64,000 nt of DNA from the IMG/VR virus record IMGVR_UViG_3300025536_000010, positions 62,001 through 126,000 of that record; one strand, 5' to 3'. Of this stretch, positions 1 to 10,149 are shown piece by piece. A program made the position numbers and the translations under genes. Position 1 is the first letter of the stretch. Every line of letters begins with the position of its first letter. Below the pieces are notes generated by a model. The model did not search any database. It saw only the letters and a list, made by a program, of their open reading frames with translations, and was not told the origin of the DNA.

Positions 1-342
1 GCGACGTTGCGCCTGATGGTGTTTTGTGAATCTCCCGCCACGGGGACGCAATATCTGATCCCCGCCGACCGTTGGGGCGGCAAGACGCCGAAGTTCAACC
101 TCAACGTCGACAGTACCTGGTGGGACTGCAAACCGCAGCCAGGCACAACCTGGCAGCACTACAAAGGCGGGCGTTACCGCGTCGTGCAGAACGCCCACCA
201 CGTCCTGACAGGCCGGCACTTCGTCATCTACCGTTCCGAGACGGATGGGACGCGCTGGGCCAGGGACGCGGAGTCGTGGTTCAGCCTGGTCAATAACGGC
301 CAGGACAGGAAAACCTACCGCTTCAACCCGGCCAACAAGTAG
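1..342 (+). CDS. DUF1653-like protein (probably 5'-partial)
   Basis: WQHYKGGRYRVV...HVLTGRHFVIYRS...WAR...WF resembles the DUF1653 pattern; frame is open back to base 1. Confidence 0.55.
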   Translation, partial: ATLRLMVFCESPATGTQYLIPADRWGGKTPKFNLNVDSTWWDCKPQPGTTWQHYKGGRYRVVQNAHHVLTGRHFVIYRSETDGTRWARDAESWFSLVNNGQDRKTYRFNPANK

Positions 343-383
343 CTCGGGGAGCGGCGGCAAGGTATACTCTGTACGGAGGCACT

Positions 384-983
384 ATGGTTGCCGCGAAAAG
401 GCGAACGGCAAAGAGCGACGATCTGCGTAAGAAGAAATACGGCAAGCTGAGAGTTCTCTCGCTGCTCCGCACCGAGTCGAACGTAGGTCGAATCTGGCAG
501 TGTCGCTGCAAGTGTGGCAAATTGACAGAGGCGTCCACCGGCAAGCTCGTTTGCGGGCACAAAACCAGTTGCGGCTGTGGACGCAAAGCGAGGGCGGCGG
601 CGCTCGTTCGGAAGGGTACGCGGCACCCGAAGTGGAAAGGTTACGAGGGGATTACCGGATCGCTGTGGCACCGAATCCGAGCCAGTGCCGCAGCGAGAGG
701 TATCTCGTTCGAGATCACGATTGAGGAAGCCTGGGAACTGTACCAGGCGCAGGAAGGCCGCTGTAAGTTGTCCGGCGTGCCGCTTTATATGGTCAAGAAC
801 TCGTTCGCGCTGGCCAACGGCGCAAACACGGCATCGCTCGACCGTATCGACAACGAGAAAGGTTACGTTGTCGGGAACGTGCAGTGGGTGCATACGGTCA
901 TCAATTACATGAAAGGCACGTTACCGCAGCTTGAGTTTCTTAGTTGGTGCCGTATGGTCGCGGAACGCGACCTACCACAGTAG
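384..983 (+). CDS. HNH-family (homing-type) endonuclease
   Basis: N-terminal GKLRV...WQCRCKCG...TSCGC and C-terminal SLDRIDNEKGYVVGNVQWV...N..K, typical of free-standing phage HNH nucleases; GGAGG SD. Confidence 0.72.
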   Translation: MVAAKRRTAKSDDLRKKKYGKLRVLSLLRTESNVGRIWQCRCKCGKLTEASTGKLVCGHKTSCGCGRKARAAALVRKGTRHPKWKGYEGITGSLWHRIRASAAARGISFEITIEEAWELYQAQEGRCKLSGVPLYMVKNSFALANGANTASLDRIDNEKGYVVGNVQWVHTVINYMKGTLPQLEFLSWCRMVAERDLPQ

Positions 984-1000
984 CTCGTTAGGAGGCAAGG

Positions 1001-2221
1001 ATGCGCTGGGAAGAGATCCCGCTGGTCACGGATGACTGGGCCGTCAAAGTCGCTGCCCCGGCGTACGACATCCGTTGTGCCGTGGCCGGTGTCTACACGG
1101 CAGTTCCTATCGGTGTCTACTACCACCCGGGCCTGGAAAAAGCCGCGCTGTTCCCGCAAGGGACCGACGCTGCCGACCAGGCCCGGGTGCTCGCTGCGAC
1201 TGAGCGCGCGGTTGGACCCTCCGGGGTCCGACCGCTTTTTCTTACCTATCAGGAGGTGGGGGCTCCCGAAACCCAGTGGGTCAAGGTCGCCTACTCGCCC
1301 ACGCTGCGACGTCTCGGCGAGGCCACAAACTTCTTCCCCGGGCAGTACCCAGGCGGGCTGCCCAACCACCCGTCGCCGGTCGCGGCCATGCTGACGTCCG
1401 GCCTGGTCGGGGCGGGCCTCGGCTGGGGCGGCGGCAAGCTCCTCAACAAGTTGCTGCCCGAGCGCTTCGGGGACAACCTGGGGCGGACGGGCCTGATCCT
1501 CGGCGGCTTGCTGGGGGCTGCCCCCGGCGCCGCGTGGGGCGGTGTCAACACGCTGACCGGCAACCGCTTTAACGACTCCTCCCTCACGCAGGGCGACCCA
1601 CTCCAGGCAGACCTGCTGTTTCCGCGAGCGATGGACGGCTCCAACGCCGTACCGCCGGCGCAGGGGGCCGCGCCGCTTGAAGGGATCAAGGACTTCGTCA
1701 CCACGCAGCGCAGCGTGAACCCCAAGAAGCTGCTCAAATTCTCCGAGGATCTGGAGGCCGTACCGTTGGGCAAACGCTACCAGGCGGCCGTCGACCTGGT
1801 CAAAGAAGCCTTCGGGGACTCTTTCGGCGCGGAACCGGACGACCTGGGACCGACGCCGCTGGACGTCAACGTGAACAGCCTGGGGCAGACGCTTTGGCAG
1901 GCTGGAGCTACGCCGCGTCTGGCAGCCTCCACGATGGGCGCCATGTTCGCCGCTCAGCAGTTCCCCGACGCGCGGGCGCAGCCTGGTCTAGTGACGGCTC
2001 ACCAGATGGGGCAGCTGGCCCAGAGCATGGGGCAACCCTACCAGGAAGGCCCGAAGACAAACTACGGGCTCAACGCCGCCAAGGACTTCATCAAGGGCAC
2101 GGCGTTCGGGCTGGGCGCAAACGCCCTGGTCGGTACGCCGTACCGGGCCGGCACGTTTGGCCTGGCCAACGCTGGCCTTGGTGTCATAGGTGCTGTGGTG
2201 TCCAACTTCTTCGGAGGTTAG
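1001..2221 (+). CDS. Hypothetical virion/internal protein with glycine-zipper segments and K-x-A motifs
   Basis: 406-aa ORF; VKVA twice, VKEA; GLVGAGLGWGGG and GGLLGAAPG segments. Confidence 0.7.
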   Translation: MRWEEIPLVTDDWAVKVAAPAYDIRCAVAGVYTAVPIGVYYHPGLEKAALFPQGTDAADQARVLAATERAVGPSGVRPLFLTYQEVGAPETQWVKVAYSPTLRRLGEATNFFPGQYPGGLPNHPSPVAAMLTSGLVGAGLGWGGGKLLNKLLPERFGDNLGRTGLILGGLLGAAPGAAWGGVNTLTGNRFNDSSLTQGDPLQADLLFPRAMDGSNAVPPAQGAAPLEGIKDFVTTQRSVNPKKLLKFSEDLEAVPLGKRYQAAVDLVKEAFGDSFGAEPDDLGPTPLDVNVNSLGQTLWQAGATPRLAASTMGAMFAAQQFPDARAQPGLVTAHQMGQLAQSMGQPYQEGPKTNYGLNAAKDFIKGTAFGLGANALVGTPYRAGTFGLANAGLGVIGAVVSNFFGG

Positions 2222-2265
2222 AATACCGGAAGTTGAAGGGACTCTTTAACACGGAGGTTTTGCTC

Positions 2266-2709
2266 ATGGACGTAGCTACCGAGTTCAAGGCAGCCATCGA
2301 CGCCGTCATCGCCGACTACAAGGCGAAGGCCAAGGATGGGCTGACCATCCCCGAGATCTGGGAACTCTCCAGCAACGCACTCGCCACGTTCGTCAGCCTC
2401 GCCGGCAAGCTCAAGACCCTGAGCGGCGCCGACAAGAAGAAGCTGGTCATGGACGCGGCGGCCGACTTCTACGACAAGGTCATCGCGCCCATCGACATCC
2501 CCAGGGTGCCGAACTTCGTCGAGGTCACGGTGGTCGACCCCGCCGTGCGCCAGCTGTGGCTGATGCTCGCGGACGGGGCCGTCGAGGCCCTGGTCAACAT
2601 CTTCAACAAGTCCGATGGTTGGTTCAAGGAACCGGCCGACGACGGCACCTGGAAGCCGACCACGCCGACTGGCAATCCCGCGCTACCCCCAGGCTTCACA
2701 CCGTACTGA
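2266..2709 (+). CDS. Hypothetical protein
   Basis: ATG at 2266 preceded by CACGGAGG SD; typical codon usage. Confidence 0.75.
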   Translation: MDVATEFKAAIDAVIADYKAKAKDGLTIPEIWELSSNALATFVSLAGKLKTLSGADKKKLVMDAAADFYDKVIAPIDIPRVPNFVEVTVVDPAVRQLWLMLADGAVEALVNIFNKSDGWFKEPADDGTWKPTTPTGNPALPPGFTPY

Positions 2710-2810
2710 GAGGGACTCCGGGAGTCTGTGGCCTCCCGGGGAGCAACTGGCCCTGCCTGGATCGTTTCCGGGCAGGGCTTTCTCAAAACCGGCTTTTAGG
2801 AACGGACTCC

Positions 2811-3212
2811 ATGAACTACAACGGGATGACCTTCCTCGGCAACGGTTCCGTACTCAATCTGCAAGAAGATGTCGTCCGCTTCGGCCCGCTTCGCTTCTGG
2901 GCGGAACGTGGCCTGGTCCACGTTGAAGACGCGACCGACAACAGCTACGAAGTCATGTCAGTGCGGACCTTCCTCAGCCGCGCCCGCGGGCTGTCCGACA
3001 TGATCGGCAACTCGACCCAGCGCGAGATGCACAGCGAGGACCGCTATGACCAGATGGAGCGGACGCGCCACCTCACTTTCCTGGAAGGTGCGGCCAACCT
3101 CGCCCGCAAGGCCCAGATTCAGGGCATGCCCTCGGACCCCAGTGCCCGCCGCGAACTGGTGCGCCGGCGGCCCAAAAGCGTCGTCGTCCCCGCCTACGGC
3201 GGCGGCATGTAA
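2811..3212 (+). CDS. Hypothetical protein
   Basis: ATG 2811 (MNYNGMTF...), in frame with the listed 2556 ORF. Confidence 0.7.
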   Translation: MNYNGMTFLGNGSVLNLQEDVVRFGPLRFWAERGLVHVEDATDNSYEVMSVRTFLSRARGLSDMIGNSTQREMHSEDRYDQMERTRHLTFLEGAANLARKAQIQGMPSDPSARRELVRRRPKSVVVPAYGGGM

Positions 3213-3230
3213 CGAGACAAGGAGGCAGGG

Positions 3231-3644
3231 ATGCCACTTAACGCAAGGGAAGCATTCAAGGTTGGTTTCCTGGCCCGCTGCGTCGAGGACGGCTTGAGCC
3301 CCGACGAGATGCTGGACCGTGTCAAGTTCGCTGCTGAACTCCTGGAGAAGCGCGCCGGCATCATTAGCACGCTCGGCGGTAAACTGGCCGACGTCGGCCA
3401 GGGTATCGGCTCAGCGGCGCTCGGCTACGGCTTGCCGCTGGCCCTGGCGGCCCCACCCATTTTGGGCGGAGTCGCGGGCTACGGCTTAGCCAGAGCCACC
3501 GACATCGACGACACCGACATCGACGACGTCAAGGACCGCGAGGTCATGGACGAGTACGTCCGGCAGACAGCCAGGCTCAAACGGCAGCGGGCGGCGCGCG
3601 ACTACCAGAAGGCAAAGCAGCAGACAGGCCGGATCTTCATGTAA
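3231..3644 (+). CDS. Hypothetical K-x-A motif protein
   Basis: AAGGAGG SD; VKFA, EKRA followed by a Gly-rich hydrophobic segment. Confidence 0.75.
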   Translation: MPLNAREAFKVGFLARCVEDGLSPDEMLDRVKFAAELLEKRAGIISTLGGKLADVGQGIGSAALGYGLPLALAAPPILGGVAGYGLARATDIDDTDIDDVKDREVMDEYVRQTARLKRQRAARDYQKAKQQTGRIFM

Positions 3645-3659
3645 GCAGGGTGAACCCCT

Positions 3660-4094
3660 ATGCCTTCGAGCTTGGTGAAGTTCAGCAACCGGACACGGGC
3701 ATCGGGGGGTCGCCACCTCCACTGGAACCGGCTAGAGTTCGACGGCCTGCCGTTCCGCGGCGACATGGCCCCGATCATGCCGGAGGAGGAGTACGAGGCC
3801 CGAGCCGTTCGCATCTCCGATTTCCGCAACGGCTTTTTCGATGTCCAGGACGCTCAGGAGAACAAGTGGTACTGCGACGTGATGGAGTGCTGCTTCAACG
3901 GCTGGTTCAAACTGTGGTACGAAGAAAAGTTCTGGGTCGGGCCGGACGGCAAGCGCACCACGAAGCATTACCTGGAGTGGGTCGAATACTATATGGAGGA
4001 CGGCACGCGGACGCCGTTCGTCACCAGTGGCATGATGGAGATGGCGCATGGACAGCAAAACCTCCTCGGACATTATCAGCAGGGTCCGGGCTGA
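3660..4094 (+). CDS. Hypothetical protein
   Basis: 144-aa aromatic-rich globular ORF in the frame with typical codon bias. Confidence 0.7.
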   Translation: MPSSLVKFSNRTRASGGRHLHWNRLEFDGLPFRGDMAPIMPEEEYEARAVRISDFRNGFFDVQDAQENKWYCDVMECCFNGWFKLWYEEKFWVGPDGKRTTKHYLEWVEYYMEDGTRTPFVTSGMMEMAHGQQNLLGHYQQGPG

Positions 4095-4965
4095 GAAGCA
4101 GGCGTTTCTGGGTCTGGGCGAGGCACAGCCGGACACGGCTGGGTTCGCTGACGCGATCCAGGACATGGCCTCGGCGCAGCTCAAGGCCGACGCGGGCCGC
4201 GACGTGCGCAACCTGGCCCTAGCTGCCCTGGGTGTGGGCGTCGCCGGGCGCGGGGCCGTGGGCCTCGTCAACGCGCTCAAAGGCGACAAGCCGAAGAAGA
4301 CGCGCAGCGGCCCTACCATGCTGCCCTTGCCGTACCCGGTCGAGCCGGCGGTCATGCCCGGCAACATCAAGGCCGGCGGCTTCCTCAGCGGGGACGCCGC
4401 TTCCACGAAGTCCGGCATCCCCTGGTACACGCCGGCCATGTTCCTCGGCGGCCTGGGTGGGCTGGCGGCCGGCTGGAAAGGCATGGACGCACTGCTGGAC
4501 GCGCGTCGCAAGAAGGAGCGCGAGAACGAACTGATAACCGCCCGCCAGCAGTTCCACGACGCGCTGCTGTCGCAATACGACAAGCCCCTGGCACTCAAGA
4601 AGGCAGCCGAGGCGACGACGATGGAGAAGGTCGGCGCGCTTCTGGACAGCCTGTTCGACAAGTTCACCGGCACCCTGGAGAAAACCTCCATCGACTGGTC
4701 CAACCTGGGCGGGATGGCCACGGGCGGCTACGGGGCCTACGCCGGCCTCTCGGGCCTGCTTGCCGGCGCCCTGGTCTACGACAAGATCCAGAAGCGTTCG
4801 CAGCGTGCGGTCCTGGAGAAGGCCATGCAGCGCCGACAGCGGCGCGAGTTCATGCAGCGGCCGACCGAGATCTACGCGATCCCGGAGCCGGTGTCAGCCG
4901 TGCCCAAGGCCAACTTCAAGGACGAGATGAAGCTCCTGACGGAGTCTCCCGAAGCGGAGGTGTAA
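4048..4965 (+). CDS. Hypothetical K-x-A motif protein with glycine zippers
   Basis: EKQA, IKAG, KKAA, EKTS; three GxxxG hydrophobic segments. Confidence 0.75.
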   Translation: MDSKTSSDIISRVRAEKQAFLGLGEAQPDTAGFADAIQDMASAQLKADAGRDVRNLALAALGVGVAGRGAVGLVNALKGDKPKKTRSGPTMLPLPYPVEPAVMPGNIKAGGFLSGDAASTKSGIPWYTPAMFLGGLGGLAAGWKGMDALLDARRKKERENELITARQQFHDALLSQYDKPLALKKAAEATTMEKVGALLDSLFDKFTGTLEKTSIDWSNLGGMATGGYGAYAGLSGLLAGALVYDKIQKRSQRAVLEKAMQRRQRREFMQRPTEIYAIPEPVSAVPKANFKDEMKLLTESPEAEV

Positions 4966-4966
4966 G

Positions 4967-7900
4967 GTGGCTGGACTGCTGGCCGATTTCCCCAAGCCGA
5001 AAGCGCCAGCGCTGGACCTGCCCCAGACGAAGGCGCAGTCGATCTTGTCCAGCGGGCCGTTGACGGCCCCGCCTACCCCCGCGCCGCAAATGCGGGAGTT
5101 CGGCGATGCGCGCCTCACGCGCCAATACATCTACGAGGACGCCCTGAACGCCGCCCGCAACATCGAACCCATCGAAGACGAACGCTACCGCCTGCGGCTG
5201 GCCGACGTGGACTGGGCCGACCCGGAACGCTTCACGCGCAAGCAGCGCAAAGCGGCAATCCTGGCCGGCGACACGCTGGCTCGGCGCCTGCGCGGCAGCT
5301 GGGTATTGGAGGACGTTGCCACGGGTAAGGAGATCCAACGGCGCGCCCAGATCGTCGGCCGCATTCCTTACCTGTCCAGCATGGGCACGTTCGTCCACAA
5401 GGGGAACGAATACACCGTCAACCACCAGCAGCGATTGCGGCCCGGCGTCTTCGCCCGCGTCAAAGACAACGGCGAGATCGAGAGCCATGTCAACGTACTG
5501 CCGGGTAAGGGCGTCTCGCACCGCTACTTTCTGGACCCGGAGAAGGAACTGTTCAAGCTGCGGCTCGGACAGGCCGAGATGCCGCTGCTGCCGCTAGTCC
5601 AGGCCCTCGGCGCCACCGACAAGGAAGTCCGCGAGGCGTGGGGCGACCAGCTGTTCGCGGCCAACTACAAGCACCTGGACAGCGGCCAGACTATCAAGAA
5701 GCTGGCCGCGCGCCTGCTGCGCCGCGCCGACCAGGGTTTAGACGAAGGCACGACGCGGCAACGGCTGGCCGATACGATCAACCGTATGGAACTGGACCCG
5801 GAGGTCACCAAGCGCACGCTGGGCCAGCCGTACGCCAACCTAAACAAAGAAGTTATCCTCAACGCCACTAAAAAACTGATCCAGGTCAACCGCCGCGAAG
5901 TTGACCCCGACGACCGCGACAGCCTGGCCTACCAGCAATTCTTCGGCCCCGAAGACCTGTTCGCCGAGCGCCTGCGGCGGGACCACGGTAACCTGCGGAA
6001 ACAGCTGTTCAGGAAGATCGCCCTGGCCGGCAACCTGGACAAGATGCCCAGCGGCGCGCTGACGCCCCAGGTCGAGCAGGTGCTGCTCGGCAGCGGGCTC
6101 GCGCAGGCACTCGAAGAGATCAACCCGGCCGAAGTCTTCGATAAGCAGAGCCGTATCACGCGCATGGGCGAGGGCGGTATCCCAAGCCTAGACGCGATCC
6201 CCGACGAAGCCCGCGCCGTACAGCCGTCGCACATGGGTTTCATGGACCCGCTGCGGACACCGGAGAGCTTCCGCGTCGGCGTCGACCTGCACATGGCGCG
6301 CAGTTCGCGCAAAGGCCGCGACGGCCGCATCTACACGAGCCTCCGCGACCAGCAAGGGAACATGGTTTGGAAGTCCCCGCAGGACGTGGCTGAGGCAAGC
6401 ATCGCTACGCCGGACGTGCTCAAATGGGACACGAAGCGCGTGCCGGTGATGAAGGGAGGCAAGCTGGCCTATGTTCCGAAGAATGAAGTGGATTTTGTCC
6501 TACCTAACTTCGAGGACTCGTTTTCGCCGCTTGGTAACATGGTGCCGCTCAAGAGCATGGTCAAAGGCCAGCGCGTCGCAATGGCCAGTCGCATGCTCAC
6601 CCAGGCCCTCCCCCTCACCGCCGCCGAGGCTCCGCTTGTACAATCCGGCTTGCCTGGCAGTAAGGGCGCCCGGAGCTTCGAGGAAGAATACGGCAAGCAC
6701 ATGGGAGCAGTGGCGGCTGATTCGGACGGACGGGTCGTCGATGTCCGTGACGGAGTTATTAAGCTCAAGTACAACGACGGCCGCACCGACGAGGTCGAAC
6801 TCTACGAGAACCACCCGTTCAACCGGAAGACCTACATCAACCAGACCGCGGTAGTAAAACCAGGCGACGCGATTACGAAAGGACAGCTGCTGGCTCACAG
6901 CAACTACACCGACAAGACCGGGGCGACGGCGCTGGGCACAAACCTGAACGTCGCCTACTGGCCCTACCTGGGTTACAACTTCGAGGACGCGGTGGTGATC
7001 TCGGAGAGCGGGGCCAAGAAGATGTCCTCCGAGCACATGTACCAGCACGACTTGGAGGTCACGGACAAGCACAAGATCGGGAAGCGGCATTACGTCAACC
7101 TCTTCCCCGGTAAGTTCGACAAGAAGGCGTACGAGAACCTGGACGACGACGGCATTGTTCGGCCCGGCACCGTCGTCAACCACGGTGACCCGCTCATCCT
7201 GGCTGCGCGGCAGAAAGAGTTCGCGCAGAACAAGATCCACAAGAAAAAACAGGCAGGGTACGGCGATGAGTCTCTACTGTGGAAGCATCACGATCCTGGG
7301 GTTGTTACCGACGTCGTGTGGGGCAAAAACGGGCCTGTCGTCCTGGTTAAGTCCCAGTCTCAAATGCAAGTCGGCGACAAGCTCTCCGGCCGTTACGGCG
7401 ATAAAGGAGTGGTCGCGGCCATCGTCCCCGACAGCCAGATGCCGCACGGTCGGGACGGTAACCCCTTCGAGCTTCTCCTGAACCCGCTGGGCGTCATCAG
7501 CCGCACCAACCCGGCACAGAAAGTCGAGGCTCAGCTGGGCAAGATCGCGCGCTTGACCGGCAAGCCCGTCAAGGTGCCCGATTTCGAGGACGAGGAAGAC
7601 CTGACGGCCTGGGCACAAATGCAGCTGCGGATGCACGGCCTCAAGGACACCGAAGACATCGTCTGGCCCGAGAAAAACATGAAGGTGCCAGGCATCCACT
7701 CCGGTACGCGCTTCTTCATGAAGCTGCACCACACCGCCGAATCCAAAGGCCAGGGTCGCGGCGGTGGCTCCTATTCGATGGACGACACGCCGGCTAAAGG
7801 TGGCGCACAGGGTTGTTTCCTGGCCGGCACGCACCTGCATACGGCTGAGCACGGTTTTCAGGACATCGCCCGCATCGTCGGCCGGCGCATGCCTGTCAAA

Positions 7901-8113
7901 GTGCTGACTCGGCGGCCGGGCGGCGTACACCAGCAGTGGCTGCCGGTCACGGACTGGTTCCACTACCGGGTCGACGCAAACGCACTGGTGACGCTGCGGC
8001 TTGGTAACGGCCGGGAGATCCACGTCACCAGGAACCACGAGTTCGTCATGGCAGACGGCACGCGGAAACTGGCGGGCGACCTGGTCGCGGGCGACGACCT
8101 GATGGAGGTTTGA
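4967..8113 (+). CDS. rpoB: Phage RNA polymerase beta subunit (N-extein, 949 aa) fused to N-terminal split-intein half
   Basis: RpoB motifs GTFVHKGNEYTVNHQQRLRPGVF, HMGFMDPLRTPES, GYNFEDAVVIS, GDKLSGRYGDKGVV, LNPLGVISRTN, FMKLHH; ends in an intein-like CFLAGT...VTRNH. Confidence 0.93.
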   Translation: MAGLLADFPKPKAPALDLPQTKAQSILSSGPLTAPPTPAPQMREFGDARLTRQYIYEDALNAARNIEPIEDERYRLRLADVDWADPERFTRKQRKAAILAGDTLARRLRGSWVLEDVATGKEIQRRAQIVGRIPYLSSMGTFVHKGNEYTVNHQQRLRPGVFARVKDNGEIESHVNVLPGKGVSHRYFLDPEKELFKLRLGQAEMPLLPLVQALGATDKEVREAWGDQLFAANYKHLDSGQTIKKLAARLLRRADQGLDEGTTRQRLADTINRMELDPEVTKRTLGQPYANLNKEVILNATKKLIQVNRREVDPDDRDSLAYQQFFGPEDLFAERLRRDHGNLRKQLFRKIALAGNLDKMPSGALTPQVEQVLLGSGLAQALEEINPAEVFDKQSRITRMGEGGIPSLDAIPDEARAVQPSHMGFMDPLRTPESFRVGVDLHMARSSRKGRDGRIYTSLRDQQGNMVWKSPQDVAEASIATPDVLKWDTKRVPVMKGGKLAYVPKNEVDFVLPNFEDSFSPLGNMVPLKSMVKGQRVAMASRMLTQALPLTAAEAPLVQSGLPGSKGARSFEEEYGKHMGAVAADSDGRVVDVRDGVIKLKYNDGRTDEVELYENHPFNRKTYINQTAVVKPGDAITKGQLLAHSNYTDKTGATALGTNLNVAYWPYLGYNFEDAVVISESGAKKMSSEHMYQHDLEVTDKHKIGKRHYVNLFPGKFDKKAYENLDDDGIVRPGTVVNHGDPLILAARQKEFAQNKIHKKKQAGYGDESLLWKHHDPGVVTDVVWGKNGPVVLVKSQSQMQVGDKLSGRYGDKGVVAAIVPDSQMPHGRDGNPFELLLNPLGVISRTNPAQKVEAQLGKIARLTGKPVKVPDFEDEEDLTAWAQMQLRMHGLKDTEDIVWPEKNMKVPGIHSGTRFFMKLHHTAESKGQGRGGGSYSMDDTPAKGGAQGCFLAGTHLHTAEHGFQDIARIVGRRMPVKVLTRRPGGVHQQWLPVTDWFHYRVDANALVTLRLGNGREIHVTRNHEFVMADGTRKLAGDLVAGDDLMEV
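7814..8110 (+). other. Split intein N-half (IntN, 99 aa)
   Basis: Block A Cys1 (CFLAGT), block B TxxH (VTRNH), ends LAGDLVAGDDL then stop; no C-terminal Asn. Confidence 0.9.
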
Positions 8114-8116
8114 GTC

Positions 8117-10030
8117 ATGGAAGACCTTGGAGTCTTGGCGGCGAAAGCCGCTACGCTGCGCGTGAAACTGGCAAACGTGGCGGCCTTGGCGGCTTCGCCG
8201 GCCGGCGAGAGCGCACTCGCGCGCCTGGGCGGTTGGCTGTCCGGCAAAGCATTCAAGCCGGTATCGCAGATGGCTCGTCCGCAGTTCGGCACGCTTAACG
8301 CGCTTGGTGAAGAAGCGCAGGCGCTGGCGCGCCAGCAGCGCATGAGCCGGCTGACTCTAGGCTTATCCGACAAGCCGTACTTCCATGTTCAAGATCGTGT
8401 TGGTGGCGGCTTAGCCGGTGCCTGGCTCGGTGCGTACGCAGACAGTAAAGTGAACGGCGAGGTCAACGACCTCTCCAGTGCCGGGCGCCGTGCGGCAGCG
8501 GTGCTCGGCGGCGGTTATCTGGGCGGTAAAGGCGCGAACTCGGCTTTGAACGTCGGCCGCAAGTTTACAGCGAACACGTCGCCGCTCATGGGTTACGACA
8601 CGGCTTTGATTCCGAAAGTGTCGCTCAAGTCTATCTGGAACCACGGCGTCATGGACCGCCCAATGGGCGGCATCGCGCGCGGCGGTAGCGGCAGTGAGGC
8701 TAACCCGCGCTACGAACTGCTGCGGCGCTATCTCGGCATTCACAAGAACGACGCGGCCAAAGACATGTTCATCTCGAACGCGGACAAGTCGCTGTCGTTC
8801 AACCCGGCAGTCGTAAAGCCTGGCTCGAAAACATGGCAGCAGTACATTGACCCAGGGCGGCAAGACAGCAGCCTGGGTGTCCGATTCAGCGAGGGCCTCA
8901 AGAACCCACCCAAGCTCGAAGTACCCAATAGCGCCCCGCCCAAGCTCGAAGTATCCGGCAACGCCCCGGCCAAGAGTCTCATTCTTCCGGGCGCTAACCC
9001 GGAACCGCCGCGCAGCGTTTTGCTGGGCGGTGGCCAGCCGACAGGGCCGGCTAAAAAGCTGATCCTGCCGGGACAGGAACCAAACGCACCTGCACCGGCG
9101 CTGGTCATGCCCGGTCAAGGTCAAGCGCCCAGACCTGCGCCGAAGCCAGCGGCCCCGGAGAAAACGTACAGCCTCAACGAGGGCGACCTGGCTAACCCAC
9201 CTGGGTACAGCGTCGACCAGAAGAACAACCCGTTCAACAATCTGTTCGGCTCGCACGACATGCGCCACGTCCAGGGCTCTGTTGAGCGCTTGCCGGGCGG
9301 CAAGTTCCGCACCTCGCACGAGCTAGGTGACACCTGGAACTTCCGTCTCGACCCGCACGAGACGCCAGAAGCCGCTGCTTACCTCAAAGGCATGGCTGGC
9401 ACGTCGCCTAACCGCTGGGGCGAGTTCCTCAAGCAGAAGGCGGACATCGGACACGCCAGTGCCTACGGCGGCCCGGATAAAACAGTGAGCGACCGGCTCA
9501 AGAACTACGGCATGCGCAGTGTCATCGAAGCGGCAGCACAGAAAGAAGCTCCGGTCATTCGGCAACGTATGCGCTTCACTTACGAGGCACCTACCGAAGC
9601 CAACGCGGCTTTCGCCAAGGCGACTGGCGGAGTAGCGCCGAGCGAGATCGAGTTGTTGTCGTCCAACGTCGCCGGGCCTGCCGTGCTTAGCCCCGAACGT
9701 CAGCAAATGCTGCGGCGGCTGCTTGGCGGCAGTGCAGTCGCGGGCACCGGCGGCCTTTACGCGAGCGGCCAGCTACCGAGCAAAGACACGCCCCAGGCTG
9801 CAACGCCACAGCCGCAGCCGCTAACGCCAAAACAAGAGGCACCTGCGTCGAAGACGTGGCGACCACGGGGACGAGAAGCACTATCGGCTTTCTTCCGCAA
9901 GCCGAAGTCTGAGCTATCTACTCGGCAGAAAATGATCCGCGGTGTCACCGACCGCGCGGCCGGCGGCATCCGCAGCTTCTGGGACCGTATGCAGCAGCGT
10001 TATGGCGGCAGTGGAGGGCTCGGAGCGTGA
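8117..10030 (+). CDS. Hypothetical 637-aa protein between the split-intein halves
   Basis: GGAGG SD; stop overlaps the next start (GTGA); N-terminal AKAA/VKLA, Gly zippers, Pro-rich repeats; no LAGLIDADG, HNH or GIY-YIG motif seen. Confidence 0.8.
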   Translation: MEDLGVLAAKAATLRVKLANVAALAASPAGESALARLGGWLSGKAFKPVSQMARPQFGTLNALGEEAQALARQQRMSRLTLGLSDKPYFHVQDRVGGGLAGAWLGAYADSKVNGEVNDLSSAGRRAAAVLGGGYLGGKGANSALNVGRKFTANTSPLMGYDTALIPKVSLKSIWNHGVMDRPMGGIARGGSGSEANPRYELLRRYLGIHKNDAAKDMFISNADKSLSFNPAVVKPGSKTWQQYIDPGRQDSSLGVRFSEGLKNPPKLEVPNSAPPKLEVSGNAPAKSLILPGANPEPPRSVLLGGGQPTGPAKKLILPGQEPNAPAPALVMPGQGQAPRPAPKPAAPEKTYSLNEGDLANPPGYSVDQKNNPFNNLFGSHDMRHVQGSVERLPGGKFRTSHELGDTWNFRLDPHETPEAAAYLKGMAGTSPNRWGEFLKQKADIGHASAYGGPDKTVSDRLKNYGMRSVIEAAAQKEAPVIRQRMRFTYEAPTEANAAFAKATGGVAPSEIELLSSNVAGPAVLSPERQQMLRRLLGGSAVAGTGGLYASGQLPSKDTPQAATPQPQPLTPKQEAPASKTWRPRGREALSAFFRKPKSELSTRQKMIRGVTDRAAGGIRSFWDRMQQRYGGSGGLGA

Positions 10031-10149
10031 AAATAACTTCGGTAGAACCGTTCGCCGGCACTGCGGATCTGGAGGGGAAGGTGGACGTCTACGACATTAC
10101 CGTCGCGGACCTCCACCTTTACGGCGTCTACGGAGTGCTGGTGTCCAAC
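10027..10149 (+). other. Split intein C-half (IntC, 41 aa)
   Basis: MKITS...VYDITV..LH.Y...GVLVSN followed by +1 Ser (10150); same architecture as cyanobacterial DnaE IntC (MIKI...VYDIGV..DHNF....ASN). Confidence 0.9.

Noticed and set aside
8114-10026. Possible self-splicing intron interrupting a contiguous intein
   Set aside because: The interval is filled by one ORF with its own SD and coupled junctions, leaving no room for group I/II RNA structure; both intein halves have proper termini
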